DNA of 64,000 bases from Candidatus Zambryskiibacteriota bacterium (lineage in GTDB: Bacteria; Patescibacteriota; Minisyncoccia; Phycocordibacterales; WO2-35-19): the NCBI GenBank assembly GCA_048499675.1, contig JASNZL010000003.1, positions 16,241 through 80,240 of the forward strand, written 5' to 3'. This document shows, piece after piece, positions 1 through 8,770 of the stretch. The first letter of the stretch is position 1, and each line of letters opens with the position of its first letter. The notes beneath the pieces were generated by a model. It was not told the DNA's origin. It did not search any database and saw only the letters and a list, made by a program, of their open reading frames with translations. The position numbers were made by a program, and so were the translations under genes.

Positions 1-377
1 GCTGTTGGGTATGTTTCAACTCCAAAGAAATCATCTGATTTTAAGTGATTAACCAATCTTTCTATATAAGGTTCGCTTGTTATCGTGTTCAAATCAACTA
101 CAAATTCTCCTCCAACAATAGAACCATCTGATACAGTGAGATTACCCGATTGTAACTTGACTGTGCCCTGCTCTTTTAATCCTGTTAAGTATTCTCCTTC
201 CCAAGATACAAAACTCTCTTCTGTATTTAGGCGATAATCACCTGCTACTAAAACAGTTGTAGCTTCCTCTGTTACTACTGATTCTTCGACAGGTGCTTCT
301 GATTTTCTACCAGAAAACACAAAAAATAGAGCTATAACTATAACGATTGCGCCCGCTATTAAATAAGAATTTTTCAT
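1..377 (-). CDS. YceI-family lipid/polyisoprenoid-binding protein (runs off left edge)
   Basis: Manual translation: N-terminal TM (MKNSYLIAGAIVIVIALIFVF), then VSWEG...GGEFVVDLNTI...LVNHLKSDDFFGVETYPTA, typical YceI motifs. Confidence 0.8.
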   Translation of the reverse strand, partial: MKNSYLIAGAIVIVIALFFVFSGRKSEAPVEESVVTEEATTVLVAGDYRLNTEESFVSWEGEYLTGLKEQGTVKLQSGNLTVSDGSIVGGEFVVDLNTITSEPYIERLVNHLKSDDFFGVETYPT

Positions 378-591
378 ACTCATAATTTTAAAATTAATTA
401 TAATCTGCACGGATAATGATGCTTTTTATTCTACCTTAATAGAATTAAAAAATCATTTTACATATACCGCTTTTAATGTTATCATAGTTTTACTTGATTA
501 AAAATCAAGTTTATTAGACATAACGGAAGTATAACCTCAAAGTTATCTGATTGAATACCTTACGCTTTGAAAACTTTCGTTTTATTAATTT

Positions 592-1689
592 ATGTCAAAA
601 GTATTAGATAAAGAAGTAGTAGAGCACGAATCGATAATGACTAATTATGTAAACGATTCAGTTTTGCCACCTGCAAAAAATTCAATCGTAGAGGGTGAAG
701 TTGTCTCTATTGATAAGAATTCTGTTTATGTAAACCTTCCTCCTTGGGGTACGGGTATAATATTCGGTAGAGAATACATAAACGCAAGAGATCTTATCAA
801 AAAAATAAACATTGGTGATAAAATCACCGGTAAGGTTTTGGGGACAGATAATGAAGAAGGTTATATAGAAATCTCTCTAAAAGAGGCAAAACAAGCTCTT
901 ATTTGGAGTGAAGCGGAAGAAGCTATTAGGGATAAGAAGGTGTTTGAACTCGCCGTAAATGAAGCAAATAAAGGCGGATTAATGCTTTCGTGGCAAGGTT
1001 TGTCTGGATTTTTGCCAGCTTCTCAGCTTAAAACAGAACACTACCCAAGAATTGCAGATGGTGATAAAGATAAAATACTGGATGAATTAAGAAAACTTGT
1101 TGGTCAGAAATTGTCAGTCGCTATAATTGGAGTGAACGAAAAAGAAGGCAAACTAATTTTTTCAGAAAAAGATCCAGATAGCGCTGAAAAAGTAAAAATA
1201 GTAGATAAATATGTCTTGGGTGATGAATTAGTGGGAGAAGTTACAGGAATTGTTGATTTTGGAATTTTTGTGAAAATTGAAGAAGGTTTAGAAGGGCTTG
1301 TCCACATATCGGAAATAGATTGGGGTCTTGTTGATGATCCAAACAAATTTGCAAAAGTTGGAGACAAAATAAAAGTAAAAATTATAGAAATCAAAGACGG
1401 CAAAATCTCACTCTCTATAAAGGCACTCAAAGACAATCCTTGGACAGAGGCTTCCAAAAAATACAAAAAAGACGATATGGTTACAGGTGTTGTTATTAAA
1501 TTCAATAAACATGGAGCTTTAGCTTCAATAGAAGAAGGTGTTGCTGGACTCGTCCATGTTTCCGAATTTGGTTCTGAAGAGAAGCTTCACGAAAAATTGG
1601 AGCTTGGTAGGACTTATAATTTCAAAATAACCATTTTCGATCCAAAAGAACAAAAAATGGCACTTGCATTTGTGGAAGCAAACAAGTAA
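592..1689 (+). CDS. rpsA: 30S ribosomal protein S1 (4 S1 domains)
   Basis: Repeated S1 motifs (DFGIFVKIEEGLEGLVHISEI; GVAGLVHVSEF; NKGGL..GFLPASQL). Confidence 0.93.
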   Translation: MSKVLDKEVVEHESIMTNYVNDSVLPPAKNSIVEGEVVSIDKNSVYVNLPPWGTGIIFGREYINARDLIKKINIGDKITGKVLGTDNEEGYIEISLKEAKQALIWSEAEEAIRDKKVFELAVNEANKGGLMLSWQGLSGFLPASQLKTEHYPRIADGDKDKILDELRKLVGQKLSVAIIGVNEKEGKLIFSEKDPDSAEKVKIVDKYVLGDELVGEVTGIVDFGIFVKIEEGLEGLVHISEIDWGLVDDPNKFAKVGDKIKVKIIEIKDGKISLSIKALKDNPWTEASKKYKKDDMVTGVVIKFNKHGALASIEEGVAGLVHVSEFGSEEKLHEKLELGRTYNFKITIFDPKEQKMALAFVEANK

Positions 1690-1707
1690 ATCTGAGTTAT
1701 AAAGTAT

Positions 1708-1738
1708 AAAGGGCCGTCACGTTAGTGACGGCCCTTTT
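1708..1738. terminator. Bidirectional intrinsic terminator
   Basis: AAA-GGGCCGTCAC-GTTA-GTGACGGCCC-TTTT, between converging rpsA and small ORF. Confidence 0.85.
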
Positions 1739-1756
1739 GCTTGTGTGAAGCTATGG

Positions 1757-1933
1757 TTAATCCTCCCCGAGTAGACCCTCAAGGTACCCATCAAGGTATT
1801 CAAGTCCCTCCTCTTGAGCGGGAAGACCCTTTTCCCCATCGTCGAACCCCCGTTGGTACTCCTCACTTTTTTGCTTTTTTGGAGACTCAATCTCCATATT
1901 CTGGCCGTGCTGATTAATGGGCAAACAACACAT
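1757..1933 (-). CDS. Small acidic orphan protein, 58 aa (MCCLPINQHGQNMEIESPKKQKSEEYQRGFDDGEKGLPAQEEGLEYLDGYLEGLLGED)
   Basis: AAGGAG SD 7 nt upstream; stop falls just before the terminator; better than the 1717..1938 frame in the ORF track. Confidence 0.55.
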   Translation of the reverse strand: MCCLPINQHGQNMEIESPKKQKSEEYQRGFDDGEKGLPAQEEGLEYLDGYLEGLLGED

Positions 1934-2007
1934 CTCATTTCTCCTTTTCCACTAACACAATAACACAGACTTTAATATTTTAAAATGCTATAATTATCGT
2001 ATGGTTC

Positions 2008-2245
2008 GTGCATCCTTCTCTGAACAAAAGGAGAAAAATCAAAGGGTGTACTGAGTTTGGGAAAAGGGCGCACAGGAAACTGGGCGCCCACATTATAATA
2101 TTAGGAATACTACGCACGGAGTGACTATTGAAACGGAAAATATTATTTGATAATCTAAATACGCATCTCTCTCCATTTCGGAGAAATCCAAAGGGTGCAA
2201 TTGGGATAGGGTACGGGCGCCTTGGAAACTTGGCGCCCGATTTTT
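2008..2245 (+). ncRNA. Two tandem copies of an ~80-nt structured RNA-like motif
   Basis: Both copies: GCATC..TCTC..GGAGAAA..CAAAGGGTG(T/C)A, then GGGCGC..GGAAACT.GGCGCCC hairpin; TATAAT at 1989; T-tract after copy 2. Confidence 0.5.
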
Positions 2246-2891
2246 AATTGTATAGATTCATTGCCTTGTCCCTCCCCTCTTTGATTAAAACTTTTACTGC
2301 CTCAGTTACTTTTTTGAATGTATTGTCGAGCGTCTCCATTTCAGACGATTTAAATCTTCCTAGTATAAAATCCAGAACTTTTTGTTCGCCTTCTGGTTTC
2401 TTAATTTTTCCTTTTGGTGTTGCGGGGCTTATTCCAATTCTAATTCTCAAAAATTCTTTGGTTTTTAAAGTCTTAACAATAGAATCAAGTCCTCTGTGTC
2501 CGCCAGTACCTTTGTTGTATGAAATTTTCATTGTTCCAATTGCCAAATCAATGTCATCATAAATTACAATCAAATTTGGGATACCACTCTTTTTCTTTGG
2601 AGAGGTTTTGGTTGATGTAGGTTTTAAAATTGGTTTTATAAAAAATAAAAGCGCTTTACCTGAGTTATTCATAAATGTCTCTGGCAAAATCGCAGTAATT
2701 TTTTCTTTATCAATACTCCCACTCGCAATCAAGGCATTAGCTTTTTTATTAAATTCCAAATCTTCAATCTCTTTTTTGGAATCAATCAGTTTCAAATCTT
2801 TTAATAGTTTAAAAACTGCCATTCTACCAGCATTATGCCTACTATTTTCGTATTCTTTACCCGTATTACCTAGTCCAACGATGTACATCAT
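2244..2891 (-). CDS. pth: Peptidyl-tRNA hydrolase
   Basis: IVGLGN..EYENSRHNAG, PETFMNNSG, YDDIDL, GGHRGL motifs. Confidence 0.95.
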   Translation of the reverse strand: MMYIVGLGNTGKEYENSRHNAGRMAVFKLLKDLKLIDSKKEIEDLEFNKKANALIASGSIDKEKITAILPETFMNNSGKALLFFIKPILKPTSTKTSPKKKSGIPNLIVIYDDIDLAIGTMKISYNKGTGGHRGLDSIVKTLKTKEFLRIRIGISPATPKGKIKKPEGEQKVLDFILGRFKSSEMETLDNTFKKVTEAVKVLIKEGRDKAMNLYN

Positions 2892-2992
2892 TTTTTGTGA
2901 AATTTGTTTCTAATTAACTATAAATATACATTATATATTTGATAATTCAAAATATACTTGTGTCAAGCCATTATTTATAATACAATATTGCA

Positions 2993-3571
2993 ATGGATGA
3001 AAATAAAAATTTAGAAAATGCAGAGAAGAAAGACTCAACTTTTGGTGAATTTTTGAGGTATGCAGTAATTGCAATGCTTGTTGTCATCCCTTTCAGAATT
3101 TATATTGCTCAACCCTATATAGTAAGCGGTTCATCAATGGATCCCACATTTAAAGATGGTGATTACCTTATAGTAGATCAACTCAGCAAAAGACTATCTT
3201 TACCTGAAAGGAATTCTGTACTTATAATCAAATATCCTTTGAACACAAAGAAATTTTTTATAAAAAGACTGATCGCTTTTCCAAATGAAAAAGTTTCTAT
3301 TGAAAATGGTGTTGTTACTGTAATAAATGATCAAAATCCAGAAGGTTTTGTAGTCGATAATAGTTATGTAACTTTTGAAAAAAAAGATAATTTTTATTTA
3401 GAATTAGGAGAAAATGAATATTTTGTTATGGGCGACAACCGATCCGGAAGCTCAGACTCAAGAATATGGGGCCCTCTTCCTAAAGAAAATATCGTCGGTA
3501 AACCAATTCTTAGATTATTACCAATAAGCAAGATCGATATCAATCCTGGGAGTATAAAAATTATTGATTAA
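2993..3571 (+). CDS. lepB: Signal peptidase I
   Basis: SGSSMDPT, FIKRLI, GDNRSGSSDSRIWG motifs. Confidence 0.95.
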   Translation: MDENKNLENAEKKDSTFGEFLRYAVIAMLVVIPFRIYIAQPYIVSGSSMDPTFKDGDYLIVDQLSKRLSLPERNSVLIIKYPLNTKKFFIKRLIAFPNEKVSIENGVVTVINDQNPEGFVVDNSYVTFEKKDNFYLELGENEYFVMGDNRSGSSDSRIWGPLPKENIVGKPILRLLPISKIDINPGSIKIID

Positions 3572-3574
3572 AAT

Positions 3575-4717
3575 ATGGAAAAAAAAATACCAGAAAACAG
3601 AAAATTAGATGAAACAAATGAAATTGGCGCGGTAGCTACTTTTTTTGGTTTTACTCCAATCAAAGCTCCTCAAATTACTAAAAAAGATTTTGACCTAACC
3701 AAAAATTATAACATTAATTTTTTGGCAAAGGAAAAATCGGCTTTAACTCATATGTATTTTGAAGAAAAAATGATGGCAAGTCCTCAGCCGGTAATGTTTT
3801 ATATTGAACATCCTTTTCCAAACTCTGGTGAGAAGAAAAAAACTGCAAAACTAGAAGCGTCTTTGGTAACTATGGGTTCTACAAAAAGCGTGTCCGAGTG
3901 TATATCAATACAAACAGCAATTACGGCACTAAACAAGCTTGGTTATAAGGATTTGGTCGTTCATTTAAATTCAATTGGTGATAAAGAGTCTATTTCAGAA
4001 TTCCAAAGGAAACTAACATTATTTGTAAAGAAAAATATGAACAGTTTCCCTAGCGATTTAAGACAACTAATTAAAAAAGATATTTACGCAATATTCAAAT
4101 ATAACAAAAAAGAGTGGGAATGTTTTGGTGTTGAATGTCCAAAATCATTAGATTTCCTTTCTGAACAGAGTAGACTTCATTTTAAAGAAGTTTTAGAGTT
4201 TTTAGAAATTATGGAAGTTCCATATATCATAAACCCTAATCTTATTGGTGATTCTAATATTGGATCAGAGACAGTTTACGAAATCAGAGAGAATAATGAG
4301 GTTCTCGCAACAGGCATGAGGTTTAATAGACTAGCAAAAAAAATAGGCTACAAAAAGGATTTGGCAAGTAACATTCTGCACATTTCGGTAAAAATTAAAA
4401 AAGCTTTAAAAAAAGTAAAAATTAAAAAACAAAAACCTCAATTTTATTTAGTCCAATTTGGCCCTGAGGCAAAACTCAAAAGCTTTTTGATTTTGAGACA
4501 ATTATACAAGGCGGGTGTAAATGTTATTCACGCCATCGCAAAAGACAAATTAGGGAGTCAAATCGGAATTGCAGAAACTTCTGGAGCGCCTTATATCATC
4601 CTGATTGGTCAAAAAGAAGCTATAGAAAATAATGTCATTATTAGAAATAACACAAATAGAGCGCAAGAAATCGTTCCTATTTCTGAGCTTTATTATAGGA
4701 TTAAGGATATAAAATAG
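3575..4717 (+). CDS. Degenerate histidyl-tRNA synthetase-like protein with C-terminal anticodon-binding domain
   Basis: LNSIGDKES, HFKEVLEFLE.MEVPY.INPNL and C-terminal HGTP anticodon-like region (LGSQIGIAE...IILIGQKEA); class II catalytic motifs eroded. Confidence 0.65.
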   Translation: MEKKIPENRKLDETNEIGAVATFFGFTPIKAPQITKKDFDLTKNYNINFLAKEKSALTHMYFEEKMMASPQPVMFYIEHPFPNSGEKKKTAKLEASLVTMGSTKSVSECISIQTAITALNKLGYKDLVVHLNSIGDKESISEFQRKLTLFVKKNMNSFPSDLRQLIKKDIYAIFKYNKKEWECFGVECPKSLDFLSEQSRLHFKEVLEFLEIMEVPYIINPNLIGDSNIGSETVYEIRENNEVLATGMRFNRLAKKIGYKKDLASNILHISVKIKKALKKVKIKKQKPQFYLVQFGPEAKLKSFLILRQLYKAGVNVIHAIAKDKLGSQIGIAETSGAPYIILIGQKEAIENNVIIRNNTNRAQEIVPISELYYRIKDIK

Positions 4718-4871
4718 TTTTGCAAATTTAAAAGCAATATGTTAATATATTAGACAATGTCCCGTTAGAAGTGACAACGAAGTCATGGAAATCAGAAGGC
4801 GGGATTATTATTAAATTTAATTTGGTGGAAAATTATAGTATGTAATACTGTGATTAACTACTTCTAACGGG

Positions 4872-5108
4872 ATGGCAATAAATGTAGAAGTTACAAAAAG
4901 CGGAAACGATAACAATCTAGGAATAATAAGAAAATTTACAAAAAGAGTTCAGGGCTCTGGTATTTTGCCACATCTTAGATCAAAGAGATACAGCGCAAGA
5001 AAGATGTCAGAATTTGTAAAGAAAAAAATGACCCTAAAAAAAATAGCAAAGAGAACTAAAATCAGACACTTGATAAAAATGGGTAAAATGCCCGGAACTT
5101 TGGACTAA
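4872..5108 (+). CDS. rpsU: 30S ribosomal protein S21
   Basis: Small, basic; IIRKFTKRVQGSGIL resembles the S21 core. Confidence 0.7.
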   Translation: MAINVEVTKSGNDNNLGIIRKFTKRVQGSGILPHLRSKRYSARKMSEFVKKKMTLKKIAKRTKIRHLIKMGKMPGTLD

Positions 5109-5531
5109 ATGATTACCTTAAAAGAAAGCAAAAGCGTTTTTTTGGGCTCTACCCTAAAAAGCGTTTTTTTGATTCCAAAAAAATTCATAAGTGCCGATTT
5201 TGATAAAATTAAGAATAGTATTTTAGGTAAAAATTATGAAGTCTCTATAATTTTGATTGGTAGTAAAAGGTCAAAAAAAATTAATTTTGATACAAGAAAA
5301 AAAGATTACCCAACCGACGTGCTATCTTTTAATATAGATAAAAATATTGGCGAAATATTTATCACTCCCGAGGTTGCAAACAAGAAATCCAAAAAATTTA
5401 AGATGAGTTTCCAAAAATATTTAATATTTTTGGTTATCCACGCACTTTTGCATTTGAAAGGCTTAAAACATGGTGCTAAAATGGAACAAGCGGAAGCGAA
5501 GTTTTTGAGTATCTTTGCAAAAGATTTTTAA
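5109..5531 (+). CDS. ybeY: rRNA maturation endoribonuclease YbeY
   Basis: KDYPTDVLSF, GEIFI, HALLHLKGLKH motifs. Confidence 0.9.
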   Translation: MITLKESKSVFLGSTLKSVFLIPKKFISADFDKIKNSILGKNYEVSIILIGSKRSKKINFDTRKKDYPTDVLSFNIDKNIGEIFITPEVANKKSKKFKMSFQKYLIFLVIHALLHLKGLKHGAKMEQAEAKFLSIFAKDF

Positions 5532-5563
5532 CTTCACGGTACGCTCTAAATTTTTAATTTACA

Positions 5564-6736
5564 ATGAGCACACGTATAACAACGGGTATAGATGTAGGTA
5601 CTTATGAAGTGCGTGTTGTTGTATCTGAATATCAAGAAGGAAATTCTATGCCAACCATAATTGGCACAGGCAAGGCGGAATCAAAAGGTCTCCGACATGG
5701 CTATACGATAAATACCTCTGATGTTATTAGGAGTGTTAATTTAGCCGTAAAACAAGCCGAAAAATCTTCGGGCACTAGAATCAAAAAAGCCTATGTTTCA
5801 ATTGGTGGAGTTGGGCTTTCTGGTATTAATTCTCAGGGTTCAACAATGACAAGCAGAGCTGATCAAGAAATCACTGATACAGATATGGAGATGGCTATAT
5901 CCTCAGCGGAAGAATCTATACCAAAACCTCTAATTCAAAATAGAAAAATAATATATTCAATTCCGATACAATGGAAAGTTGATGGCCGACCAGTTTTGGG
6001 ACGAGTTCTTGGAACTAAAGGTGTAAAGTTAGAAACAAAAGCTTTGTTTATAAGTTGTATCGAGCCACATCTTGATGATTTAGTTTTGGCTATAGAAGAA
6101 GCTGGAATCAAAGTTATAGATGTAGTTGCCTCACCTATTGCCGCCTCGTTCGTTACTCTTTCAAAAAGCCAAAAAATTGCAGGGTGTGTGCTTGCAAATA
6201 TAGGTGCCGAAACTGTCTCAATTGTTGTTTTTGAAAATAATATACCAATTTCACTTGAAGTTTTCCCTATAGGAGGCAGTGATATTACAAACGATATTGC
6301 TCTCGGACTCAAAATTTCATTAGAAGAAGCGGAGGTAATAAAACTTGGTGGAGTTACTGCAACTAGCTACTCAAAGAAAAAACTAGAAGAGATTATTTCA
6401 GCACGACTCGGTGATATTTTTGATTTAATTGAAGTTCACCTCAAAAAAATTGGCAAATCAGGACTCTTGCCCGCAGGTATCATCATAACCGGAGGCTCAT
6501 CTTCACTTGGTCTCATAGAAGATTTGGCCAGAAGCTACCTTAGATTACCCTCAAGAATTGCCTCACTAAATATCGGTAACGGAAAATTTCAAATACAAGA
6601 CTCATCTTGGTCTGTAGCTTATGGACTTTGCATAATGGGTAATCTTTCTGACGAAGAAGAAATCATTGGCTTTCCTAAAAAAGGCAAAGATTTGCTTAAA
6701 AATATACTAAGCAATTTAAAGCAATTTTTACCCTAA
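5564..6736 (+). CDS. ftsA: Cell division protein FtsA
   Basis: GIDVGT, GGSDITNDIA, GIIITGG; directly upstream of ftsZ. Confidence 0.95.
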   Translation: MSTRITTGIDVGTYEVRVVVSEYQEGNSMPTIIGTGKAESKGLRHGYTINTSDVIRSVNLAVKQAEKSSGTRIKKAYVSIGGVGLSGINSQGSTMTSRADQEITDTDMEMAISSAEESIPKPLIQNRKIIYSIPIQWKVDGRPVLGRVLGTKGVKLETKALFISCIEPHLDDLVLAIEEAGIKVIDVVASPIAASFVTLSKSQKIAGCVLANIGAETVSIVVFENNIPISLEVFPIGGSDITNDIALGLKISLEEAEVIKLGGVTATSYSKKKLEEIISARLGDIFDLIEVHLKKIGKSGLLPAGIIITGGSSSLGLIEDLARSYLRLPSRIASLNIGNGKFQIQDSSWSVAYGLCIMGNLSDEEEIIGFPKKGKDLLKNILSNLKQFLP

Positions 6737-6862
6737 AATTAAATAAAATTGCAACACAGTAAATAATTTAAACAAGTTTTGTAATTTGTCGCCTTTTTTG
6801 GTACAGTGTAGTTTACAGAACTGCAGATTTAATCAAATAAATTAACACTAAAATACAAAAAT

Positions 6863-8041
6863 ATGCCACAAATAAAACCTGAAGTTGAATCATTTGCAAG
6901 AATAAAAGTGCTCGGAGTTGGTGGATCAGGCAAAAACGCTGTTAACCATATGATTTACTCAAAAGTAAAGGGTGTTGATTTTGTTGCAGTAAACAGTGAT
7001 GCGCAAGACCTACATCATTCAGAAGCAAAAAAGAAAATTCATATAGGTAAAAATCTTACTAGAGGTCTAGGGACTGGAATGAACCCAGAAATTGGCAGAA
7101 GAGCGGTAGAAGAAACCAAAGAAGAAATACAAGAAGCTTTGAAGGGTGCTGATATGGTTTTCATTGCTTGCGGACTTGGCGGTGGTACTGGTACAGGTGC
7201 TGCTCCTGTTATTGCAAAGACCGCAAAAGAATTGGGAGCTCTTACAGTTGGAGTTGTTACAAAACCATTTTCATTTGAAGGAAATCAAAGAATGAGAATA
7301 GCAGAAGCAGGACTTGAAGAATTAAGACAATCTGTTGACGCTCTTATTGTTGTTCCAAATGATAGATTACTTGCAACTATAAGCAAGGATACATCAGCAA
7401 AAAATGCTTTTGCAATGTGCGACGACATACTAAAACAGGCAGTAGAAGGCATCTCTGACCTTATAACCACACCTGGAACCATCAACATAGACTTTGCTGA
7501 CATAAGAGCTGTTATGGAAGGTGCAGGAGGAGCTTTGATGGGTATTGGTAGAGCTTCTGGTGAAAAAAGAGCCGAAGAAGCCGCAAAACTCGCTATCAAC
7601 TCTCCTCTTCTTGAAGTTTCAATTAATGGTGCAAAAGGTGTATTGTTCTCTATTGCTGGTGGGGACGACCTTACAATGTTTGAAATACACGATTCCGCAA
7701 AACTAATTACAGAATCAGTAGATCCAAATGCAAAAATTATATTTGGTACTGTAAAAGACGACAAACTCAAAAAAGGTGAAATAAAAATTACAGTTATAGC
7801 TTCAGGTTTTCCAGAAAATGTTATGAAAAATAGCCTTTTTGGTCTAAAAGAAAAACAAGAACCAGTTGAAGAAACAAACAAAGGTAAAATATTTAACACG
7901 GTATTCGGAAAAGACAAAGAAGAGTTTATAGAAGAGGTAAAAAAAGAAGAGAAACAAGAAGAACAGAAACAAAATGTTATAGACGATGACGATGAGTGGG
8001 GTTCTGTGCCAGCATTTCTAAGACGCTCGAAGCTAAAATAG
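6863..8041 (+). CDS. ftsZ: Cell division protein FtsZ
   Basis: GLGGGTGTGAAPVIA tubulin signature; C-terminal VPAFLRR. Confidence 0.98.
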   Translation: MPQIKPEVESFARIKVLGVGGSGKNAVNHMIYSKVKGVDFVAVNSDAQDLHHSEAKKKIHIGKNLTRGLGTGMNPEIGRRAVEETKEEIQEALKGADMVFIACGLGGGTGTGAAPVIAKTAKELGALTVGVVTKPFSFEGNQRMRIAEAGLEELRQSVDALIVVPNDRLLATISKDTSAKNAFAMCDDILKQAVEGISDLITTPGTINIDFADIRAVMEGAGGALMGIGRASGEKRAEEAAKLAINSPLLEVSINGAKGVLFSIAGGDDLTMFEIHDSAKLITESVDPNAKIIFGTVKDDKLKKGEIKITVIASGFPENVMKNSLFGLKEKQEPVEETNKGKIFNTVFGKDKEEFIEEVKKEEKQEEQKQNVIDDDDEWGSVPAFLRRSKLK

Positions 8042-8047
8042 TTTTTG

Positions 8048-8080
8048 ATTTAAGATTATAGATTCAGGATTTAAGAATCT
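8048..8080 (+). repeat. Degenerate 7-mer tandem array (GATTTAA/GATTATA/GATTCAG)
   Basis: gatttaagattatagattcaggatttaagaat; reverse complement of arrays at ~8255-8285 and 8680-8770. Confidence 0.7.
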
Positions 8081-8139
8081 ATAAGGAAACCCACTGAAGC
8101 AATGTTCCATGGTTTGTCATCGATGACAAGAATCTTCAT
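8071..8139 (-). pseudogene. 22-codon remnant resembling a receiver-domain N-terminus (MKILVIDDKPWNIASVGFLIDS)
   Basis: Own TTGACA-16-TATAAT promoter (8232-8205), GAGG SD; ends in the 7-mer array. Confidence 0.45.
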
Positions 8140-8311
8140 CTTTGCCTCATATATTCGTAGTTTTTTAAGGAACCAGATTCCGCTGGTTATGCAATTTCAA
8201 CTAAATTATAGCAAATATACACTATTTGTCAATTATTTAAAATTTCCACGACATCTTATATCCTGAATCTTTAATCATTAATCTAACTCAAAATTTGATA
8301 CAATAAGAGTA

Positions 8312-8701
8312 ATGGTTGAAGACAATAAAATTCAAGATTTTACTGATTTGCAAGCATGGCAGAATGCTCATAAACTAGTACTGAATGTTTATAAATTAAC
8401 AAATAAGTTTCCAAAATCAGAATCTTTTGGGCTCATATCTCAATTGCAACGAGCTTCTGTTTCAATTACCTCAAACATAGCTGAAGGTTTTGGCAGACAA
8501 ACTCTAAAAGAAAAAATCCAGTTTTACTACCAAGCACAGGGATCATTAACGGAAGTTAAAAATCAGCTTATTATCTCCAAAGATCTGGAATATATTTCCA
8601 AGGAAGAATTTAATGTTATAATGGAAATCCTTGTTGTTAGCCATAAACTACTTCAAGGTCTGCTTCGTAAAACCAAATCTTTCCTAAATCTTAAATCCTA
8701 A
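8312..8701 (+). CDS. Four helix bundle protein (23S rRNA-IVP / TIGR02436-like)
   Basis: FTDLQAWQ.AH.L, FPKSESFGLISQLQRASVSITSNIAEGFGR, AQGSLTEV. Confidence 0.93.
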   Translation: MVEDNKIQDFTDLQAWQNAHKLVLNVYKLTNKFPKSESFGLISQLQRASVSITSNIAEGFGRQTLKEKIQFYYQAQGSLTEVKNQLIISKDLEYISKEEFNVIMEILVVSHKLLQGLLRKTKSFLNLKS

Positions 8702-8770
8702 ACCTAGAATCTTATATCTAATTTTTATTTATTCATAAATCATAAATCTTAAATCATGAATCCTAAATCG
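8680..8770 (+). repeat. 7-mer tandem array (AAATCTT/AAATCCT/AAATCAT) overlapping the four-helix-bundle stop and the trxB start
   Basis: cctaaatcttaaatcctaaacctagaatcttatatct ... cataaatcataaatcttaaatcatgaatcctaaatcg. Confidence 0.75.

Noticed and set aside
1717-1938. 73-aa ORF from the track
   Set aside because: Runs into the terminator stem; the overlapping 1757-1933 frame has better SD spacing and composition
2008-2245. Tandem glycine riboswitch
   Set aside because: GGAGA and GGTGCAA resemble it, but the CCGAAG and CTCTCAGG cores are missing and no co-oriented gene follows
8312-8701. Diversity-generating retroelement (Avd-like gene)
   Set aside because: No reverse transcriptase in the window; the 131-bp repeat pair is identical rather than adenine-mutated TR/VR
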